Source of the DNA: Octopus vulgaris
Lineage: Eukaryota
Assembly (NCBI GenBank): GCA_951406725.2
Contig: OX597814.1
Span: 113,150,001 to 113,214,000, forward strand
Direction: 5' to 3'
DNA: 64,000 bases
This document shows positions 14,348 to 27,629 of this stretch, one piece after another; the first letter of the stretch is position 1, and each line of letters opens with the position of its first letter. The position numbers and the translations under genes are program-made. Under the pieces are notes generated by a model. That model saw nothing but the letters and a program-made list of their open reading frames with translations. It did no database searches and was not told the origin of the DNA.

Positions 14348-14763
14348 GAGAAGGATATGAGGAAAGGAGAAGGAATTTGGAGAAATGCGTTATGATTGTA
14401 GTTCAAATATAGTTTGATTACTGTAGCTTACAGAATTAAACTGATGTCAAGAAATGTTGAAGTCGGAGATAAGATAACAGAAATGATAAAGGTGACAAAA
14501 TCTGTTGATTAGAGATGAACGGTTCGTCGGTTTAATTAATGAACACTAAGTTAGCAGGAGCAATATGGCCGAATGTTTAAGAAATTCGTTTCTTAACTAC
14601 AGGGTCTCTATTTCGGTCTTTCTGCGTGACATTTTATAGTTACTGGTTGGCGTAGTTTCAGTCTCACTGCATGGCATCCTAAGCAAGTGCCTTCTACTAT
14701 AGTCACGGGCTGACCAAAGCCTCTTGAATGGATTTCGTACACGGAAAATGAAAAGCGCCAGTC

Positions 14764-14827
<64 letters not shown>

Positions 14828-15007
14828 ATTAGGGCTTAGTAAAATAAATTACTTTGCCACATACTGAACTTAGTAGAAATAGCAGCCAAAAAAGTTTTTT
14901 AGCCGTTTCTACTACTTAAAGAAAGTTTCTCTCAGATAATGTTTACTCCAGACAGCTCACGAAGGTTTGGAGGTAAATACATAAAAATATCACAAGTACA
15001 TAGATCG

Positions 15008-15070
15008 TTTGAGTACGACAACGTTTCAAGATTAGCCAAATAAAATCAGCATTTCTATCGTCAGCTCAAA
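15008..15070 (-). ncRNA. type I hammerhead ribozyme (mirror copy)
   Basis: Reverse complement of 15648-15710. Confidence 0.75.
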
Positions 15071-15647
15071 ATTTCTTAATTTGGATTTGGAAACACTAAA
15101 AAGAAGGAACTTTACCCATCGGCGTACTTGTCGCTTCAGATGAACCAGCTCCTACTGACAGTGCCAACAAATTCAAAATGCGCAGGCGTAAATTTCTGCA
15201 CTCCTTTTCCACCCACGTGGTCTATCTAGCAAACATTATATTTTAACCGCGAGAACCGAGGCAGTATGACGGAGAGAAATGAATTATAATATCAACAATT
15301 GAGGGTAAAATTAATTAATCAATCAATTTCACCAAGTGTTCAGTATGTAAAAGGACCATTTAAGGCGAATTCAAAATATTACATTATATAATTAGGGCTT
15401 AGTAAAATAAAACCCTCAATTGTTGATATTATAATTCATTTCTCTCCGTCATACTGCCTCGGTTCTCGCGGTTAAAATATAATGTTTGCTAGATAGACCA
15501 CGTGGGTGGAAAAGGAGTGCAGAAATTTACGCCTGCGCATTTTGAATTTGTTGGCACTGTCAGTAGGAGCTGGTTCATCTGAAGCGACAAGTACGCCGAT
15601 GGGTAAAGTTCCTTCTTTTTAGTGTTTCCAAATCCAAATTAAGAAAT

Positions 15648-15710
15648 TTTGAGCTGACGATAGAAATGCTGATTTTATTTGGCTAATCTTGAAACGTTGT
15701 CGTACTCAAA
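15648..15710 (+). ncRNA. type I hammerhead ribozyme
   Basis: TTTGAG-CTGACGA-T-AGA...TCT-T-GAAACG-ttgt-CGTA-CTCAAA; 6-bp stem I, 3-bp stem III, GUA cleavage triplet, imperfect stem II. Confidence 0.75.
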
Positions 15711-15987
15711 CGATCTATGTACTTGTGATATTTTTCTGTATTTACCTCCAAACCTTCGTGAGCTGTCTGGAGTAAACATTATCTGAGAGAAACTTTCTTT
15801 ACGTAGTAGAAACGGCTAAAAAAACTTTTTTGGCTGCTATTTCTACTAAGTTCAGTATGTGGCAAAGTAATTTATTTTACTAAGCCCTAATTATATAATG
15901 TAATATTTTGAATTCGCCTTAAATGGTCCTTTTACATACTGAACACTTGGTGAAATTGATTGATTAATTAATTTTACCCTCAATTGT

Positions 15988-16033
<46 letters not shown>

Positions 16034-16064
16034 GTATGTATATATGTATGTATGTATGTATTTA

Positions 16065-16115
<51 letters not shown>

Positions 16116-16126
16116 ATATATATATA

Positions 16127-16779
16127 AATTTAAATTTAAATTTAAAATGAGGGTGAGAAATTAGATATTAATTTAATTAACATCGATTTCACACCAATGG
16201 TTTAGCATATAAAGAAACTGAAGGCTCAGTAAGATTGCATTATATACATATTAGAATGAAACCACTATGTGGACACCCCTATGCTAGAAATAGATCCGCT
16301 ATGGTCTTACCACTAAGAAATGTTCTCAAGAAAAATTTAGCAAAACAACCAGAACGTAATCGAGCAAGACGAAAGAAAAAGCAATAAAAATATGGTTTAT
16401 TCGCATACATGTTTCACTATTAACATATTACGTAATTTTACTTACATAAATGTCCGTAGATCATCGGTGCGACCGTCCAGATGAATATAATTTGCAGGAT
16501 TGCATACTAGGACGTCTGCACAAAGTCAGATCTGTAAACAGTTCTACCGATTACACTCGTGGTTACTATTTCAAATGTCCTCGTTTTGGTGTGCTAAATT
16601 ACCGGAAAAACTGATGCTGCAGATAATACTTTACTGCAATGGCCTTTGCCGGCTCGAGAACGTATTAATTTAAATTTAAGTTTAAAATGAGAGTGAGAAA
16701 TTAGATATTAAGAACATTTCTTAGTGGTAAGACCATAGTGCATCTATTTCTAGTATAAGGGTGTCCACATAGTGGTTTC
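16127..16779. mobile_element. 540-bp HHR-bearing unit with terminal redundancy plus a short inverted copy, in (TA)n
   Basis: tttaaaatgag.gtgagaaattagatatta at 16141 and 16681 (offset 540); 16711-16779 is the diverged reverse complement of 16257-16327. Confidence 0.8.
16401..16472 (-). ncRNA. minimal type I hammerhead with U4C change
   Basis: TCGCA-CCGATGA-T-CTA..ttatgtaa/ttacgtaa..TAG-T-GAAACATGTA-TGCGA; palindromic stem III ACATGT. Confidence 0.65.
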
Positions 16780-16780
16780 C

Positions 16781-16844
<64 letters not shown>

Positions 16845-17401
16845 ATATATATATATATGTATAGTCTAAGAGTGAATAAAATATTTAATCCCGCGAATGC
16901 TTCTGTTTCGATTTTCAAGTTGGTAAAACATGATTCAAGGTAAGTTGGGTGCTATTTCTTGCAAGTCCAGGATTCACGTAGAGTCCCGTTCGAAGACCAC
17001 TTTTGCAATTATTAACATTTAATTATTTGCTGTCTTAATGAAGTTTATCATGAGATCATGTTGCCAGCCGAATACTTCTGGAGATTCCAAACTATTTGGT
17101 ATTTTTTAAGAATATAAAATATCCCTAATCTTGTCTGGTTTTGTCAGATTCAGTTATTGCGATGGCAGAATGATAAAAAAAACGCTAAATAAGGGAGACA
17201 GTCTCTGTTGTTGTTGTTGTTGTTGATGATGGTGGTGGTGATGACGGCGTTGGTGGTGTTTCTGTTGTTATTGTTAGTGATATTGTTGCTGCCGTTGTTG
17301 TTGTTGCTGTTGGGGTTTATGTAGTAAGTCAACCTGAGAACTAATTGTATGTACCTATTTTCCTACTTCACCAGGCGTAATATTATCTTTACACACACAC
17401 A

Positions 17402-17471
<70 letters not shown>

Positions 17472-18062
17472 TATATACATATATATAACATAACGAAGGC
17501 TACTATACGCATTAAAAAAACAAACAGGAAAAATACAATAATCACTAATTGTGACTGACGGTGCAGGGTAGCACATACATTGCTAGAAATAAGAGCTAAA
17601 AACTCTTATGCTCGCAGGGAGCTAAAATCTATACACTGACGGGGCAGATAACCGCCCCACAGCGATCGAGATCACCATGCTAGTCTAATTTCACTACGAA
17701 TTAAAGCTCCTCAGTGGTGACTATTCCATCGCTGGATGGTTTAGCTAAATCCCAACTGTTAGTGTATAGTATTTACCGTATGAATCAGTGGATGATTCAG
17801 CAAAATGGTAATGTGAAAATTATAGAAACTTTCCTGTTTCTGTTGTACCTGTATTTCAAAGGGGCCAGCCAACCTTGTAGCACTCTGTCTAACGCTGAAT
17901 CTCCCCGAGAACTACGTTAAAGGTACACACGTCTGAGTAGTGCTCAGCCACTTGCACGTTAATTTCATTAGCAGGCTGCTACGTTGATCGGATCAACTGG
18001 AACCCTCGTCGTCGTAACCGACGGAGTGCCACGATATATATAATCTCTTCGGACATGAATGA

Positions 18063-18105
<43 letters not shown>

Positions 18106-18790
18106 ATATATATATATATATATATATGTATGTATATGCATGTATATTTCTGTATACCCATCCGTGTGAATGTATCTGAGAGTGTGTGCTGTACGCAAGT
18201 TTGTGTATGTTTGTGCGTATGCGCGCATATATGTCTGCTTGTGTGTTTGTGTGTGTATGTGGGGAGGGGGGGAGTGCGCGTGCGCCTACTTTCTCAGATA
18301 CGACAACGAATTTAGTTAAAATGGCAGGTCGCTGCTTGTTTTTCTTTATTATTTTTTCTAATTCTTAATTTTAATTTTTTTTTTACATTTTATATTTTTT
18401 TAGGGAAAAGGAACAACAAGAGAAAATTGAAAATGGCTGGAATTTACTTGGTAGATGTTTATCTGGCTTCATCACATATAGATTATTGATGCAGCTTTTA
18501 CTCTTTCAGCTGGTACAAGTTCTTTCTTCATTTACGTTTAAACTCAGTGAATCGTCTCAATGCATTTCGACCAGCGAAACACGGGCTGGCGCCGCCATTG
18601 ATATATGAGCTGTCAGGGGTTATCCTGTCACTTGGCAATGTGATAGAGCTATTTGCAAAGATATCAGAAATTTCAAGAAGTTTTGGCATGGATAATCTCG
18701 TGCTAGAAAGCCTCTCTTACACACAACAACAGCAACAACAACAACAAAAAACAACATTGCAAAGAGTGTCAGATTTTGATAGCAGCATTT

Positions 18791-18792
<2 letters not shown>

Positions 18793-18870
<78 letters not shown>

Positions 18871-18955
18871 GTATATGTATATGTGTGTATACACATATGT
18901 ATGCATATATATATATGTATGCATATTTATGTAAATATATATGTATGTATTACAG

Positions 18956-18989
<34 letters not shown>

Positions 18990-19074
18990 ATATATTCACA
19001 ATTATATACGTACACATACACTTATAGATGTACACTTATATACATGCGTAAAGGTCATTACCATATATACATGG

Positions 19075-19159
<85 letters not shown>

Positions 19160-19251
19160 TATACATATATATATATATATATGTATATATACACATATGT
19201 ATATATTCAAATATATATATTCATATATATATACATATATATATATGTATT

Positions 19252-19343
<92 letters not shown>

Positions 19344-19420
19344 CATATGTATATACAAACACACTTATACATATGTATGTGTCATGTGCATGTGTATATG
19401 CATGTGTGTGTGTATGTAAT
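18793..19420. repeat. (TA)n/(TG)n compound microsatellite
   Basis: Direct inspection; comparable tracts at 6250-7200, 10110-10425, 56190-56700 and elsewhere. Confidence 0.95.
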
Positions 19421-19822
19421 GTATATTTTACAGCTTGTTAATATATTCCCAAACAATCTTACCTAACAATCTCTATTTATGTTTGTTTATGTTTGTATCC
19501 TTTATAGCTGAGCCCAGCCCCCTCTTCCCCGCCTCATTCCCTTTGTTCATTTGTTTCATCATTGTAATTTCCCTCTTGCCTCTTTTCCCTGCGGTTGAAT
19601 AAGCATTTTTGAAGGACTTACAAGACTAGATGGGCAAAAAAAACAAAAAAAAAACATTCACTTCCACTTGAACCTCTTTCTATTGCTCGAACTGTCTTCT
19701 CCCAGATATCCTTTTAACCATATTGTATATATCCATTAACCTTTTTACTGCAGATATTGGATATATCCAACTCTAAATTTTCCTGTGTCTTGAGATGGTC
19801 ATTACGCCAATAATAATAATGA

Positions 19823-19915
<93 letters not shown>

Positions 19916-20097
19916 TAACATAAACCACCTCCAATGCTTAAAAAAGTTCACATCTCACTCCTCTGGAACTTCACCATTCAAACTGACAGAAAGATAGATG
20001 CGTATAGGCCAGATATTATATTTAAAGACTTCAAACAAAAACCATGCCTCCTCATTGATATAACTGTCTCAATCGACATAAACGTATCTGTCAAGAC

Positions 20098-22885
20098 CAG
20101 TGCTGCCCAACCTTTTCCGAACATGGGCCGGATTTAAGAAAAAGCGATGCTAGTGGGCCGGACTCACATTTCTAGCCTTTCATTTTTTAATACAACTAAT
20201 TGAAATGGTTTGAAAAAGTATTCAGAACTGAAAACATTGATTCTATTATTCTGTTTATAGAAATTATCCATTATACAATCATAATTCATAACTCAATTTA
20301 AACACAGGGGTCCTACATATGGTACTATTTCTATTACTTCTTCACTGCTATCAAAGAATTATAGTCTCCAGATATTACGTGAATACGAAATGACCATTAC
20401 ACATTTTTGATTTAGAACCTTACATCCTATAAAACAAATTTAACAATTGATCAAGATAAAAAAAAAACATTTGTTCAAATAAATGGCTTGTATTTCAATA
20501 ATAAAACAATTTTATTTTAGCTGTATACCCGTAAAGAACGAAAATATCAGTGAGAAACTTGAAATTGTTTCGAGTCATCAAGAAGCTTTTCAATGTCTGC
20601 CGGAATATTTGTTAAGGCCAGTCGGAGTTCATCACTCAAAGAATTTCTTTTGTTCGATTCTACCAATTGCATGCGACTGAAGAGGTATTCACATATCCAT
20701 GTCGAACCGAACAAAACGAGAAAGCGCTTTGTGTAGCAAGTAATATTTGGATATTGAGTGTGAGGCAGACCGTATTTGTAGAAGTCCATCAGATTCCTGT
20801 TTAAAAACTGACTCTTGACATCAAAGTCACTTTGTAATTCATTCAATTCCATTTGAAGCTCAACGGGGATCAGCAGGATCCACGTCAAAAGGCATTGAAA
20901 AAATTTTCAGCTGGTCTTCACAAGCACGGAAATCCTTAAATCTCCTGGCAAATTCTTCCTGCATCCGTTTTAACTCGCTCACAAAGAATTCCCGATTTAT
21001 GACTGAAATGTGCGGCTGTTCCTGAAGGCAAGGGAAGTGAGCATAATTGCTGTCAGCAATTTGAGTAATCCACAAATCCAGTTTCTTTTGGAAAGCTGTC
21101 ATCTCCCCAAACAAATTATGGATGAGTTTTTCTTTTCCTTGTAACCGCACATTCAACTCATTCAGCTTGTGTGTAATGTCCACCAGAAAGGAAAAATCAT
21201 TCATCCATTTGTCGTCATCAAAACTAATGCATGAATTTCCTTTTGCTTCAAGAAATGCTGCCACATGTTCTCGAATATCGTAAAAGCGTTTCAAAGTACG
21301 TCCACAGCTGAGCCACCTGATCTCGGTAAAGTAAGGAATGCCAGAAAATTCGGCGTTTATCTCATCGAGAAAATTTCGAAACTGTCGATGATTTAACGCA
21401 CGACTCCGAATGAAGTTGACAGCTTTCACGACATTATCCATGACGTGATCAAACTTAATGATTTTGGAGCAAAGTGATTCCTGATGTATAATGCAATGGT
21501 ACCACAATATTTGGTCTTTACTCACATTCAGGGATTCCAGTTTTCTTTGTATGAAACCACGCAAGCCTTGTTCCTTGCCGATCATGGCCGGCGCACCATC
21601 GGTAGCAATTCCCACCAGGCGATCGTAAGCCAGTCCCGCCTTTTCGAGTGCAATATCAATTTCTTTGAAAACAGCAGCACCTGTGCAAATTTTCTTTCAT
21701 GGGGCATAGAGCAAGTAATTCTTCAGTGATATTAAAACTTGAATCAACACCTTTCACGAAAATCGCCAGTTGTGGTGTATCAGTCATGTCAGTAGATTCG
21801 TCGATGGCATTGCTGTAAGTTTCGAAGTTTTTACAAAGTTCGTTCAACTGCATTTTCGTATTTTCGGCCAGTTCTTCAATCCTTCGGGTTATTATATTAT
21901 GCGTCACGCTAACACATTTTATAGCTTTCTCTTTCTCTGGGCACAGAATTTCAATCGCCGAGGTGATACATTCTTTGATAAAGTCTCCTTCCGAAAAAGG
22001 TTTCATGTTGCGTGCAATCTTTTCAGCAATGACGAAACTTACTTTGGTGTATTTTTTCGATCCATCATCTATTTCCCGAAAAATATTCTGTTGCGAGACT
22101 AAATTCCTTTGAAGTAAAAGTACTTTTTCCTTGCGATGATCTTCTTCATAACGATTATGGGTCGAAGCGTGCTTTAATGTGTAATGCCGTTTCACATTTT
22201 CAACTTTTGGAACTGCGACTGTTTCACCACAGGTTAGAGACATTTTGCATTTGATTCCACGAAGAAATATAAATTTGTCCATGCCTCGTTAAACCTGCGA
22301 TTCTCCTTGTCTACTTTTCTGATTTTTCTAGTCGACGCCATGGATGAAGAAAATTTTAAAGTTATTGTGAAAAAGAAACTACGGTAATTTGCTCATCGGT
22401 ATAAGAAGGCTTCCGTATCAAAAGTTGTGCCTGGGTAAATTTGAAATTAAATTACCTCAAATGCCAGTTTTATAGAATTATTCATTCATCAAGCACAAAA
22501 TCTAATGAAATTTTTAGACGGTGATTTTCCCCCATTGATTGAGCGATGTCGTGATTGGCTGCTGGCTCGAGCCAGCTTGACTTTACAGCTTTCAGCCACC
22601 GAAAATCGGTATTCATCCACAACACGGTCAGCAGCTGACTCGGCATGCTTAAAACTATCTCTGTCGCAGATAAATCACGTCTCATAATGACGTATAGAGA
22701 AGACCTGCGTGTAGCACACTTCCTCGACATAAAGAGGATACTTTAATGTGATTTTTTGTGATCTACGAATATATTTTTTGTAATTTGTTTTGCAGATACC
22801 CATAAATTGAAGACCGACTAGCGGGCCGGATTTTAAGGCTTCGTGAGCCGGATCCAGCCCGCCGGCCGGACGTTGGGCAGCACTG
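20098..22885 (-). mobile_element. hAT (Charlie/Buster, SPIN-like) DNA transposon, full length
   Basis: Perfect 14-bp TIRs CAGTGCTGCCCAAC; perfect 8-bp TSD GTCAAGAC at 20090-20097 and 22886-22893; 2788 bp. Confidence 0.96.
20547..22341 (-). pseudogene. frameshifted hAT transposase (SPIN/GTF2IRD2-like)
   Basis: ATG at 22341 (MASTRKIRKVDKENRRFNEAWT); motifs CGETV..KRHY, AIDESTD, TDGAPAMIG, YHCIIHQE, EIRWLS, FGSTWICE.LFS; ends QVSH*; about three frameshifts (~22250, ~21690, ~20870). Confidence 0.92.
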
Positions 22886-23289
22886 GTCAAGACCTACCAA
22901 AAACTGAGCGAGTATAAAGATCTTGAAATAGAAATTGGCAAAGTGTGGAGCCTCAAGACTAAAACAATACCTGTTGTCATAGGTGCCCTAGGAATGATAG
23001 CAAAATGGGCTGATTGCTACCTAGCTCAGATACCAGGAGATCCCAAAATGGCAGAAATTCAAAAGATAGTGCTCATGGGAACTGCCCATATCCTACGTAA
23101 AATACTGCCTATGTAATCTCAAATTTTAAAGTAAACTCATAATTTCTTAAACATTCTCTAGAACAATACTATGTACAAATATATGACACCGTAAGCATAA
23201 CACCAACATGAACTTCTAACTTGTTATCTCTTGAGGTCTCTGGGTGAGACTTGGAGTCAACTTGTGCAAACACAAAGCAAAAGTCAAAC

Positions 23290-23321
<32 letters not shown>

Positions 23322-23327
23322 TCTATC

Positions 23328-23359
<32 letters not shown>

Positions 23360-23360
23360 C

Positions 23361-23401
<41 letters not shown>

Positions 23402-23852
23402 TAGATAGATAGATAGATTGATAAATATAGTGGAGATATAAAATGTGATTGTATGATGTTCATATTTCCTGAATGATTTCAATGGAATAAAATGGCCTAC
23501 GAAATAGAATTGAAACCGAGTCCGATATTTAGAAATTTCGGGAACATTGGTCTACCGTTTGAATAAACTAAACCAGAAGTACATTACAGAAGAACGTCCA
23601 GTGCAGACGATGGCATGTAGCAAAACTAAACTGACATGTCTTATCGTCGGTCCTCAGTGAAAATGCAGACGACTTTTTATCGTCTGCTCACTGACAAGGA
23701 TCGTGTGAATAAGAGAGAACAAGCTCTTAATTCATTGTTGCAACCTACTTGACATATCTTCATTATCAGCTCTAGTTTTCTTTATTTCAATTTTTTAAAT
23801 AATGGGTTCCAGGTTAAAGTTATGTTAGTATGCGCGTGAGTACGCGCGCGGA

Positions 23853-23890
<38 letters not shown>

Positions 23891-24207
23891 CATACAAACA
23901 CAAACACATACACACACACACACACGAACATATGTACACATGTGCACATATACATATATATATAAATATATGTCTATACATGTGTTGCATATTAGGGTGT
24001 ATACACACACATATATATATGTGTGCATACATATACATACATACAGACATGTATATACATGCGCAGGCGTGGCTGTGAGGTAAGAAGCTTGCTTCCCAAC
24101 CACATGGTTCCGGGTTCAATCCCACTGCGTGTCTTCGGCTATAACTTCGGGCCGACTAAAGCCTTGTGGCTGGATTTGGTTGACAGAAACTGAAAAGAAG
24201 CCAGTCG

Positions 24208-24262
<55 letters not shown>

Positions 24263-24846
24263 GTCTGTCTGTCTGTCTGTCTGTATATGTGTTTGTCCTC
24301 CCACAATCACTTGACAAACCGATGTTGATGTGTTTACGCCCCCATAAATTAGCGTTTCGACAAAAGATTCCAATAGAATAAGCACTAGGCTTACAAAAAT
24401 AGGTCCTGGGGTCAATTTGTTCGACTAAAGGCGGTGCTCCAGCATAGCCGCAGTCAAATGACTGAAACAAGTAAAAGAATAAAAGAATATATAAATATAT
24501 AAATTAAATATATTCACATATGCATAAAAATAAGGCGACAAACTGGCAGAATCGTTAGCACGTTCTGAGTTCAAATTCTGCCGGAGTCGACTTTGTCTTT
24601 CACTCTTTCGGGGTCGGTAAAATAAGTGCCAGTTACGCACTAAAGCCGATGTAATCGACTAGTCCCCTCCCTCAAAATGTCAGGCCCTGTGCCTATAATA
24701 CAAAAGAATATTATATAGGAGTGGCTTGCTTACCAACCACGTGATTACGGGTTCAGTACTTGGGCAAGTGTTTTCTATTATAGCTTCGGGGCGACTAAAG
24801 CCTTGTGAGTGGATTTAGTAGTGGGAAACTGAAAGAAACCGTCGTG

Positions 24847-24889
<43 letters not shown>

Positions 24890-25644
24890 ATGTGTGTGTA
24901 TGTGTTTGCGTGTGTGTCTGTGCTTGTCCCTCCCCATCGCTTGACAACCGATGCTGGTGTGTTTACGTTCCCGTAACTTAGCGGTTCGGCAAAAGAGTCA
25001 GATAGAATAAGTACCAGGCTTACAAAAAATAAGTCATGGAGTCCATTTGCTCGACTAAAGGTAATGCTCCAGCATGGCCGCAGTCAAATGACTGAAACAA
25101 TAAAAGAATGAAAGACTATGTCTACATACACAGAAATATGTATACGTACATTCAAATTTAAAGACACAAAGACACACACTAAGCCATGCTATCTCGATTT
25201 TTATTACGAATAAGGACCGCGAAAACGTGACCCATCGATCCTTTCCGAACAGGGTCCGGCTACATGTATCCGAACACACAAATACGCACATGCGCGAATG
25301 CATATCCCTCCGTCTGCCCCTCCGTCCGTCTATCCACATACAAGTTACGGAGACGTAAACACCAGCATCGGTTGTCAAGTGATGTGGGGGGGGGGGCAGA
25401 CATACACACGTACACACACAGGCACACGCTTACGCACACGCACACACACACACATATATATATGCATATATACGACAGGCTTCTTTCAGTTTCCGTCTAC
25501 CAAATCCACTCACAAGGCTTTGGTCTGCCCGAGGCTATAGAAGACACTTGCCCAAGGTTCCACGCAGTGGGACTGAACCCAGAACCATATTGTTGGGAAT
25601 CAAGCTTCTAACCACAGAACCGCGCCTGTGCTTATAGATAGATA

Positions 25645-25685
<41 letters not shown>

Positions 25686-25697
25686 CAGATAGATTGG

Positions 25698-25740
<43 letters not shown>

Positions 25741-25781
25741 GTTGATAGATGGATAGATAGGTAGATAGATACGTAGATAGG

Positions 25782-25827
<46 letters not shown>

Positions 25828-25890
25828 TACAAGTTGTCACAATTAAAGTTTTACAATGTATGTGACCACTACTTGTGTGTGTGTGTGTGC

Positions 25891-25925
<35 letters not shown>

Positions 25926-26425
25926 CGTGCGTGTTTCAAGAAATACTTCATATATAACAGGATAAGAATATTAATTCCTAATGAGATTGTCTGAATGGAA
26001 TGTCCTGGTCGGAAACTGTGCGGAAGCTCATTGAACATGTAGACCACCACTGGTTGCTTCATATCCTCCATTCACATATATGTGCCTATGTGTCCGTGCT
26101 TAAAAGCTACTTCCACACCATTTGAAATATAATATTATATTCTACCTGATTATGCACAAAATCGGTCCTTGCAGATAAACCCTAATAAGGGCCTATATGA
26201 TGTGATGTGCCCTTTTATTCTTAAGGGCGTAGGAAGTGATTTATGAGCCCGATCACAAAAGACATCCGGTAGCGAGGATCCAGTTCGGGCGTTTATAATA
26301 TATATACGAACGCATATTTGAAAAAAAAAATGTGTAAAGAGACAAAAATATCCCAATAATACAAATATAGACTATGTCAGATTTAATGGTATTTCAGAAT
26401 AATTTCAAGCTGGCTGGACGTAAGT

Positions 26426-26497
26426 GGCTCGTTGGTCTAGAGGTATGATTCTCGCTTAGGGTGCGAGAGGCCCCGGGTTCAATTCCCGGACGAGCCC
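26426..26497 (+). tRNA. tRNA-Pro(AGG)
   Basis: GGCTCGTTGGTCTAGAGGTATGATTCTCGCTTAGGGTGCGAGAGGCCCCGGGTTCAATTCCCGGACGAGCCC; intact cloverleaf with A and B boxes; T9 run at 26504-26512. Confidence 0.95.
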
Positions 26498-26559
26498 ATT
26501 GACTTTTTTTTTCGTTTGGATCATAATTTTGATATATGTCAATAATATTCTTGTCTGTT

Positions 26560-27357
26560 CTAGGCATAAGGCCTGAAATATTTGGGGAGAGGGCCAGTCG
26601 ATTAGATCAATCTCAGAACGCAACTGGTACTTAATTTATCGACCCTGAAAGGATGAAAGGCAACGTCAACCTGACTGAATTTGAATTCAGAACGTAAAGA
26701 GAGACGAAATACCTATTTCTTTTATTACCCACAAGGGGCTAAACACAGAGAGGACAAACAAGGACAGACAAACGGATTAAGTCGATTATATCGACCTCAG
26801 TGTGTAACTGGTACTTATTTAATCGACCCCTAAAGGATGAAAGGCAAAGTCGACCTCGGCGGAATTTGAACTCAGAACGTAGCGGCAGACAAAATAGCGA
26901 TAAGCATTTCGCTCGGCGTGGTAACGTTTCTGCCAGCTCGCCACCTTTATGCGTCAAATGTATCCTTTTCTTACTCTAGGCATAAGGCCCGAAATTTTTG
27001 GGTAGATGGGGCAGTTGATTAGATCAACCCCAGTACGCAACTGGTACTAAATTCCGAAATGATGAAAGGCAGAGTCGACCTGACTGAATTTGAACTCAGA
27101 ACGTAAAGGCAGACGAAATACCTATTTCTTTACTACCCACAAGGGGCTAAACACAGAGAGGACAAACAAAGACAGACAAACGGATTAAGTCGATTATATC
27201 GACCACAGTGCGTAACTGGTATATATTTTAATCGACCCCGAAAGGATGAAAGGCAAAGTCGACCTCGGCGGAATTTGAACTCAGAACGTAACGGCAGACG
27301 AAATACCGCTAAGCATTTCGTCCGGCGTGCTAACATTTCTGCCAGCTCGCCGCCTTT
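26560..27357 (-). mobile_element. SINE family 2 (Meta-domain-like core gcctttcatcctttcggggtcgat), tandem copies
   Basis: Head aaggcggcgagctggcagaaa; other copies at 3570-3970(-), 5355-5830(-), 24530(+), 27420(+), 38695(-), 45015(-), 51808(+), 55250-55600(-), 62925-63137(-). Confidence 0.85.
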
Positions 27358-27629
27358 ATATGTCAAATATATTGAAGAAAAAACTGGTGGGCTTGATGTT
27401 AATATTTCGTTGAAACTAAGGAGGCGAACTGGCAGAATCGTTAGCCCATCGGACGAAAAGCTGCTAAACATTTAGCCCACCTTTAAATTCTGAGTCCAAA
27501 TTCTGCCGGGGTCGACTTTACCTTTAATCCTTACGAGGTCGATAAAATAAGTACCAGTTGAGCACTGGGAGTTGATGTAACCGACTCAACCCTCCCGAAA
27601 TTGCAGGCCTTTTGCCAAATTTGAAACCA

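Larger units (their letters stand above)
14821..15992. mobile_element. inverted pair of a 563/564-bp non-coding HHR-bearing unit (retrozyme or Penelope pLTR-like) in (TA)n
   Basis: Arm 1 14821-15411 and arm 2 15412-15992 (reverse complement); each is a different circular permutation with short terminal redundancy; only about 3 differences seen between arms. Confidence 0.85.
19921..23290 (+). mobile_element. 5'-truncated R4/Dong-clade non-LTR element (restriction-like endonuclease end), split by the hAT insertion
   Basis: Removing the hAT and one TSD restores LLWNFTIQTDRKIDAYRPDII...LIDITV...VKT|YQKLSEYKDLEIEI...PVVIGALG...IQKIVLMGTAHILRKIL*; (TAA)n on both sides. Confidence 0.9.

Noticed and set aside
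18270-18600. Possible promoter or first exon (TGCGCG, AAAATGGC motifs)
   Set aside because: Short motifs only, with a weak donor site and no downstream exon identified.
20547-22341. Domesticated GTF2IRD2/ZBED-like host gene
   Set aside because: Intact TIRs and TSD plus frameshifts show a dead transposon copy.
26560-27357. Regularly repeated ~180-400-bp blocks resembling an array or CRISPR
   Set aside because: Tandem SINE copies with no unique spacers and no cas genes, in eukaryotic DNA.
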